Shown piece by piece: positions 18,433 to 23,749 of a stretch of 23,749 bases of DNA. This stretch comes from Nautiliaceae bacterium (lineage in GTDB: Bacteria > Campylobacterota > Campylobacteria > Campylobacterales > Nautiliaceae): the NCBI GenBank assembly GCA_039831155.1, contig JBDONT010000019.1, positions 1-23,749 on the forward strand. Reading direction: 5' to 3'. Under the pieces are notes generated by a model. It ran no database searches. It saw nothing but the letters and a program-made list of their open reading frames with translations, and was not told the DNA's origin. Position 1 is the stretch's first letter; every line of letters begins with the position of its first letter. Both the position numbers and the translations under genes were made by a program.

Positions 18433-18459
18433 GATTTAAAGATAAATCTTTTCTCCTTC
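18424..18459. terminator. Hairpin straddling the convergent purL/MBL stop codons
   Basis: Inner stem aagattta (18431-18438) / taaatctt (18443-18450), plus outer stem gaagga (18424-18429) / tccttc (18454-18459). Confidence 0.5.
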
Positions 18460-19833
18460 TTCTACTATATGGGCTTTTTTTTCAAAATATGAGTTTATTA
18501 CCGATTTAAAGATTACCTGTTTGTCGAACTCTCCGTGTATTAGGAAAATCCTATCAAGTTTTTTAAATTCGCTCATCCATTCAATAAGCTCGTTTTGGTC
18601 TGCGTGAGCCGAAAATCCGTTAATTGTGTGGACTTTTGCTTTTACCATTATCTCTTCGTGAAAGATTTTTATAAATTTAGCCCCGTCTACTATTTCTCTG
18701 CCTAAAGTCCCTTTTGCCTGGTATCCTACGAATAAAATAGAGTTTCTAGGGTTCCATATACGGTGTTTTAAATGATGAAGGACTCTACCTCCGTTACACA
18801 TTCCACTACCAGCTATTATTATGTTTCCTCTTTCTAAGTTGTTTATGGCTTTGCTCTCTTCTACATCTTTAACAAGTCTTAATTGAGGAAATTCAAAAGG
18901 GTGTTTTTTAAATTTTTTACATTTTTTGCTTAACAATTTAGACCATTTTTTATAAACGGCAGTTACTTTTGTAGCCATAGGGGAGTCTAAAAAAACTCTG
19001 CTTGATTTAGGAAGAGATTTTTCTTCGCTCATTTCTTTTAAAATACATAAAACCTGTTGAGCTCTTTCAATTGCAAATGTTGGAATTATTACATTTCCTC
19101 CGTTTAAGAGAGTGTTTATTATTACTTTTTTAAATTCTCTTATGCTTTCATCTATGCTTTTATGGTTTCTGTCTCCATAGGTGCTTTCAATAAATAAAGC
19201 GTCGGCAAAGCTGGGTTTTTGAGGTTTTGGTAAGATACCGTTGTTTTTGTTGCCTAAATCTCCACTAAAAACGACTCTTTTTTTAATATCGAACTCTTTA
19301 AAATCAATTTCAATAAAACTGCTCCCAAGTATATGCCCGGCGTCTTTGAATTTTGCCTTTATGCCTTTTGCTATTTTTACGGTTTTATTGTATTCGACTT
19401 TTACTCTATCCATTTTTTTAAAAATCTCTTTTACTTCGTCCACCGTATAAAGAGGTTTTCTTACTTTGTCTTCTTTTCCTCTTCTTTGGGCTTTTTTGTA
19501 TCTTGTTTTGTAATCTTCCTCTTGAAGTTTTGCACTGTCTAAAAGGACTATTTTAGTGATATCGAATGTTGCAGGATGAGCGAAAACTTTACCTTTAAAC
19601 CCATATTTATATAAAATAGGAATTCTTCCTACATGGTCAAGGTGTCCGTGCGTTAGGATTAATGCGTCTATATCTTTTGGGTTAAAACCTAAAGGTTCAT
19701 AATTTAAATGTTCGTTTATTCCTTGAAACATTCCGGCATCAATTAAAATTTTGCTTTTTTCGGTTTCTAGCATATGCATAGAACCGGTTACGATTTTTGC
19801 AGCTCCAAAGCTTTGTTCGTATGCTTGTTTCAT
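18436..19833 (-). CDS. Metallo-beta-lactamase/beta-CASP RNA-processing nuclease (YSH1/TTHA0252-like)
   Basis: THGHLDHVGR, AGHILGS, FSGDLG, ESTYGDR, GSGMCNGGR, FSAHAD, IHGE. Confidence 0.92.
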   Translation of the reverse strand: MKQAYEQSFGAAKIVTGSMHMLETEKSKILIDAGMFQGINEHLNYEPLGFNPKDIDALILTHGHLDHVGRIPILYKYGFKGKVFAHPATFDITKIVLLDSAKLQEEDYKTRYKKAQRRGKEDKVRKPLYTVDEVKEIFKKMDRVKVEYNKTVKIAKGIKAKFKDAGHILGSSFIEIDFKEFDIKKRVVFSGDLGNKNNGILPKPQKPSFADALFIESTYGDRNHKSIDESIREFKKVIINTLLNGGNVIIPTFAIERAQQVLCILKEMSEEKSLPKSSRVFLDSPMATKVTAVYKKWSKLLSKKCKKFKKHPFEFPQLRLVKDVEESKAINNLERGNIIIAGSGMCNGGRVLHHLKHRIWNPRNSILFVGYQAKGTLGREIVDGAKFIKIFHEEIMVKAKVHTINGFSAHADQNELIEWMSEFKKLDRIFLIHGEFDKQVIFKSVINSYFEKKAHIVEEGEKIYL

Positions 19834-22226
19834 TATTTATCCTTTTCCATATTTACTATATCTTGAATAACTTTTAATACGCTATCCGGGTTTAAACTCA
19901 TACTCTCAATCCCGATACTTACAAGAAACTTAGCAAATTCCGGATAATCGCTTGGGGCTTGACCACAAAGGCCATTATATTTATTATTTCTTTTAGCACC
20001 TTCTATTGCCATTTTTACCATCTCTTTAACTGCTTCATCTCTTTCGTCATAATCAAATGCAACAATTTGAGAGTCTCTATCAACTCCAAGTGTTAATTGA
20101 GTTAAGTCATTTGTACCGATACTTATTCCGTCAAATATTTTTAAAAATTCATCAATTAAAATTACATTGCTTGGAATTTCACACATCATATAAGTTTTTA
20201 CATCTCCTAAGCCATTTTCTTCTAATACTTTTTTAACTCTTTTTGCTTCATCAATTCTTCTACAAAACGGAATCATTAAAACTATGTTATCAAATCCCAT
20301 TGTCTTAATGGCTCTTTTCATTGCCTTACATTCAAGCTCAAATCCTTCTTTATAGTTTGGATGAGAGTATCTTGCAGCTCCTCTAAACCCTATCATTGGA
20401 TTGTCTTCTATTGGCTCAAAGTGTCTTCCACCTAGTAGATTTGCATATTCGTTACTTTTAAAATCACTCATTCTAACGATACATTTTTTTGGGTATACGC
20501 TGCTTGCAATTGTTGCAACCCCTTCACTTAGAGTTTTTACAAAAAACTCTTCTGCATCTCCATCAAATGGAAAACTTAGTTCATCAATTAAAGCTTGTTC
20601 AGTTTCATTTAGCATTTCAGGGTGCTTTATTGCCATTGGGTGGGCTTTTATGTAGTTATTGATAATAAATTCCATTCTTGCAAGACCAATCCCATCAACC
20701 GGAAGTTTTGCAAGGCTAAAAGCAAGTTCCGGGTTTCCTAAATTCATCATAATTTTAGTTTTTGGACGAGGTAGTTTTGAGATGTCTGTTTTTTCTATTT
20801 CAAATTTGAGTATTCCTTCATATACTTTTCCAATCTCACCCTCTGCACAGCTAACTGTCACTTTTTGATTTTCTTTAAGTATCTTCATAGCATCTTTTGC
20901 ACCAACAATTGCAGGTTTTCCAAGCTCACGGCTTACAATTGCCGCATGACAAGTCCTACCGCCCGTTTCTGTAACGATTGCACTTGCCTTTTTCATAACA
21001 GGTTCCCAATCTGGGCTTGTAGTGTGGGCTACTAATACATCTCCTTCATTAAACTTATCAGCTTCTGCCATAGATTTTAATATTTTAACTTTTCCGGCTC
21101 CAATTTTTTCGCCAACCGCGTTTCCTGTTAGTAAAACTCTGCTTTTTTCTTTAAGTTTATAGATTTCAAGAGTAGTTGCTTTTTGTTGAGAGTGAACAGT
21201 TTCTGGGCGAGCTTGTACCATATATAATTTTCCATCAACTCCGTCTTTTGCCCACTCCATATCCATAGGAGTGTAAGTATTTCTTGCTTTTGTATAGTGT
21301 TCTTCTATTTTTATAGCCCAGTCAGCCAAAGTTAATACTTCTTCATCATTTATTGCAAATTTCATTCTTTTTTCTATTGGAGTAGGGATATTTTTTGTAA
21401 ACTGCTCTGCAAGATTTTCTTTTTGAAGCTCATCGCTAAAAATCATCATTTTTTCTTTGCTGCCGAGTTTTCTTTTAAGTACGGCTTTATATCCTTTTTT
21501 AAATGTAGGCTTATGAACATAAAAAGTGTCCGGATTAATTGTCCCTTGTACTACATTTTCACCAAGCCCAAAAGCCGCATTGATAAATACAACATCTTTA
21601 AATCCACTCTCCGTATCTATACTAAACATAACTCCACTGCTTCCTATATCGCTTCTTACCATTTTCATAACTGCAACTGATAGATAAACTTTCATAGGGT
21701 CAAAGTTGTGAGTGTATTTATAGTTTATGCTTCTGTCTGTAAAGTTGCTTGCAAGACACATCTTATAAGCCCAAAGAAGATTTTTTTCTCCTTTTATGTT
21801 TAGGTAAGTTTCATTTTGTCCGGCGAATGAAGCAGTCGGGCTATCTTCTGCCGTTGCTGAACTTCTAACGGCAAGGCTTAAATCCCCATACTCTTTTTTT
21901 AACTCTTCGTATCCTTTTAAAATTTCTTCTCTTAAATCATCCGGAACTTCTCCCTTCATTATAAGTTCTCTTGCGGTTTTACCTACTCTTTTTAATTCAT
22001 CAATATCGTCTGGATTGAAGTTTTCAAATAGTTTATTTAATTTTTCCCATATATTATTATGAGTTAAGTAATGTTTATAAGCAGTTGCAGTTACTGCAAA
22101 TCCGTTTGGCACATTTACTCCAAGTGGAGTTAAATGGTTATACATCTCACCTAAACTTGCATTTTTACCTCCGACTTCACTTACGTCTTTTAAGCTTAGG
22201 TCTTTAAAAAATTTAATATAGTCCAT
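19833..22226 (-). CDS. ppsA: Phosphoenolpyruvate synthase (pyruvate, water dikinase)
   Basis: VGGKNASLGEM, AVRSSATAED, QARPETVHS, GGRTCHAAIVSRELG (phospho-His), MCEIPSN, SIGTNDLTQL, LCGQAPSD. Confidence 0.97.
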   Translation of the reverse strand: MDYIKFFKDLSLKDVSEVGGKNASLGEMYNHLTPLGVNVPNGFAVTATAYKHYLTHNNIWEKLNKLFENFNPDDIDELKRVGKTARELIMKGEVPDDLREEILKGYEELKKEYGDLSLAVRSSATAEDSPTASFAGQNETYLNIKGEKNLLWAYKMCLASNFTDRSINYKYTHNFDPMKVYLSVAVMKMVRSDIGSSGVMFSIDTESGFKDVVFINAAFGLGENVVQGTINPDTFYVHKPTFKKGYKAVLKRKLGSKEKMMIFSDELQKENLAEQFTKNIPTPIEKRMKFAINDEEVLTLADWAIKIEEHYTKARNTYTPMDMEWAKDGVDGKLYMVQARPETVHSQQKATTLEIYKLKEKSRVLLTGNAVGEKIGAGKVKILKSMAEADKFNEGDVLVAHTTSPDWEPVMKKASAIVTETGGRTCHAAIVSRELGKPAIVGAKDAMKILKENQKVTVSCAEGEIGKVYEGILKFEIEKTDISKLPRPKTKIMMNLGNPELAFSLAKLPVDGIGLARMEFIINNYIKAHPMAIKHPEMLNETEQALIDELSFPFDGDAEEFFVKTLSEGVATIASSVYPKKCIVRMSDFKSNEYANLLGGRHFEPIEDNPMIGFRGAARYSHPNYKEGFELECKAMKRAIKTMGFDNIVLMIPFCRRIDEAKRVKKVLEENGLGDVKTYMMCEIPSNVILIDEFLKIFDGISIGTNDLTQLTLGVDRDSQIVAFDYDERDEAVKEMVKMAIEGAKRNNKYNGLCGQAPSDYPEFAKFLVSIGIESMSLNPDSVLKVIQDIVNMEKDK

Positions 22227-22282
22227 TTTTCTGCCTTTTTTTGATTTACTATCATTTTACTCCAACTTTACTTAAAATAGAC

Positions 22283-23491
22283 TTAAAAAAATAAAAATCC
22301 GGTGAAAATAGTGATAATTCCGAATATTAATAGAATTAAAAAGTCTTTAAAGTTATTTTTCTTCCCAAAATAGATAGCATACAGGGCTTTTAGAATATTA
22401 TTACTTCCGGTTGCTATAAATATGGCTTTTAGTATTGTTTGTTGAGAGATTGAGTATTTACAGGTTAATAGAGATAAAATATAAGGGTCGATATCCGTAA
22501 ATCCTATTAAAAACGAGAGTATCTGTAAACCGGTATTTCCATAATGGGTTGTAACGTATTTGGTAATTACTATCATCGCTACAAACAAAGAAGCAAAAAT
22601 AAAAGCCGTTTGCAGCTCCAGAGGGTTTTGGTCGTTTATGTAATTTGATGTGGTGTCTTTTTTGTAAAACAAAAAGGCTATGAAGATTAAAGCAATTGCA
22701 AATAAAATATAAAAAGGAGCCATTTTGGCTGCTGTTTGGTGGTTAAATATAAATGCGATTGTCAATATTCTTAGATACATCATAGCAGTAGCTATTATAA
22801 TCGCACTTGTTAGGATTAGCGAATTTGTTTGGGCTTTTTTGCTAAGTACTACCGTTGTAGCGGTTGAGCTGTATAGCCCTCCTAATATACCGGTTATTAA
22901 ATAACCTTTGTTTTTGAAAAGATACTTTTGAAGTATATAACTTCCGTATGAAATACCGGAAATAACGACGACCGCCAGCCATATTTTAAAAGGAGAAATA
23001 TCTATAAAAGCTATTTTTTTATCCGGTAAGAGTGGTAAAATAACTCCACTTAAAAGTATAAATTTTCCCAATGTTTCGAACTCTTCAAGCTCAATTTGAG
23101 TAATTATTTTTTGGATTTTTTTCTTAGAGTTTAAAATAAAAACGACCAGAACAAATATTAAAGCCGGAAACCAGATATTGTATTCGACGCTAAGGGGTCC
23201 TAAAGAGTAGACAATGGCTGCAATTAAGTAGATAATAATACTGCTTTTATTGGACTGAAGTTGTTTATAATAAAAAAGTGAAAAAAGAAGGGTAAAGCCG
23301 ATAAAGCCCGTTATGTAAAGATTAAGGTTGATTTTAAAAAACAAAAATCCTATTATTCCTAAAAACGTATAGGTTCTGGTAGAACCTATAAAAAACTCTT
23401 CACTTTTAATCTCTTTATAGGCTTTTATTTCAAGACCTATTAAAAAACTAAAAACAACAGTGATGATAAAATGAATAAGCAAACTATTCAT
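22283..23491 (-). CDS. MgtC/SapB N-terminal + DUF4010 membrane protein
   Basis: LIGLE...GSTRTYTFLG, ILPLLPD, PFKIWLAVV.ISGISY..Y, GILGGLYSSTATT, NPLEL..A, GFTDIDP, SNNILK. About 12 hydrophobic segments. Confidence 0.85.
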   Translation of the reverse strand: MNSLLIHFIITVVFSFLIGLEIKAYKEIKSEEFFIGSTRTYTFLGIIGFLFFKINLNLYITGFIGFTLLFSLFYYKQLQSNKSSIIIYLIAAIVYSLGPLSVEYNIWFPALIFVLVVFILNSKKKIQKIITQIELEEFETLGKFILLSGVILPLLPDKKIAFIDISPFKIWLAVVVISGISYGSYILQKYLFKNKGYLITGILGGLYSSTATTVVLSKKAQTNSLILTSAIIIATAMMYLRILTIAFIFNHQTAAKMAPFYILFAIALIFIAFLFYKKDTTSNYINDQNPLELQTAFIFASLFVAMIVITKYVTTHYGNTGLQILSFLIGFTDIDPYILSLLTCKYSISQQTILKAIFIATGSNNILKALYAIYFGKKNNFKDFLILLIFGIITIFTGFLFF

Positions 23492-23622
23492 AATACATCA
23501 ATTCCTTTTACTCTTCTGTAATATTTTACTACAAGTCTTTTAACAAAATCGTTAAATAAGAACCATACAATGGTATATCCAAGTAAAAATAATCCCCAAT
23601 CCCAACCAATCGGAGTAATAAG
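23488..23622 (-). pseudogene. 3' remnant (last TM helix and tail) of a plasma-membrane-type proton-efflux P-type ATPase (P3A), cut off by an IS
   Basis: Reads LITPIGWDWGLFLLGYTIVWFLFNDFVKRLVVKYYRRVKGIDVL*, matching the P3A C-terminal pattern TPIGW.W....W.Y..VWF...D.VK. Its TGA overlaps the DUF4010 ATG (ATGA). The resemblance stops exactly at the IS end. Confidence 0.75.
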
Positions 23623-23655
23623 GAGACCGTTCATAATTCCGTGTCAGCTAAGAAA

Positions 23656-23664
23656 ATTATATCA
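23656..23664 (-). promoter_or_regulatory. Outward-facing extended -10 (TGATATAAT) inside the IS end
   Basis: Perfect TGnTATAAT on the minus strand, identical to the dnaJ box. Its TGA is the transposase stop codon. Confidence 0.6.
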
Positions 23665-23748
23665 TAGATTTAAAGCTTCATCCAATCTTCCTTCAAAGAA
23701 AATTGCCAGTTGAGAGAGTGTAAGGTTCCAGTTTCTAATCGGCATAGT
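23662..23748 (-). CDS. C-terminus of an IS256-family (mutator-type) transposase (partial)
   Basis: TMPIRNWNLTLSQLAIFFEGRLDEALNL* matches the IS256 C-terminal signature WTMPI..W...L.QL.I.FE.RL. Confidence 0.9.
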   Translation of the reverse strand, partial: TMPIRNWNLTLSQLAIFFEGRLDEALNL

Positions 23749-23749
23749 C

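Larger units (their letters stand above)
23623..23749 (-). mobile_element. Right end of an IS256-family insertion sequence (partial)
   Basis: The terminal sequence GAGACCGTTCATAATTCCGTGTCAG (23623-23647) resembles IS256 IRs and lies just downstream of a transposase stop. Confidence 0.85.

Noticed and set aside
3096-21680. Short antisense or alternate-frame ORFs in the track (3096, 3529, 4277, 4525, 6823, 7372, 10328, 11708, 13248, 13887, 15583, 16768, 17202, 19241, 19333, 20401, 20659, 21423)
   Set aside because: All lie opposite well-supported genes, have the S/F/I/L-rich composition typical of shadow ORFs, and show no recognisable motif.
1-23749. CRISPR array, tRNA/rRNA, riboswitch (e.g. 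TPP before thiS), integrase or att sites
   Set aside because: No regularly spaced repeats are visible, and intergenic gaps are too short and AT-rich for structured RNAs (thiS is only 8 nt from glyS). No recombinase ORF is present besides the IS256 tail.

Overview
AT-rich, very compact bacterial chromosome segment. Gene content, TGnTAwAAT extended -10 promoters and the cytochrome c-folD-lepB block point to Campylobacterota, probably Nautiliaceae-like (inference). Housekeeping genes are hypE, ubiE/menG, thiS, glyS, a citE-like lyase, a c-type cytochrome, folD, lepB, an M50 protease, dnaJ, purL, a beta-CASP RNase, ppsA and an MgtC/DUF4010 protein. Three accessory patches interrupt them. (1) 93-2487: a 46-aa basic SMP/LEA-like gene missing from the ORF track, divergent from a 614-aa HTH-like/TPR-like/ankyrin protein that is followed 2 nt later by an orphan HicA toxin, with operator-like repeats between the divergent genes. 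This is the best candidate for an undescribed system. (2) 6489-11331: a stand-alone FtsZ C-terminal-domain protein, a voltage-gated K+ channel and a tandem DUF262 (GmrSD/TgvAB-like) restriction pair. (3) Right edge, not in the ORF track: an IS256-family element inserted in the 3' end of a P3A-type H+-ATPase gene. The IS end supplies an outward extended -10 and an in-frame ATG for the severed last transmembrane helix.
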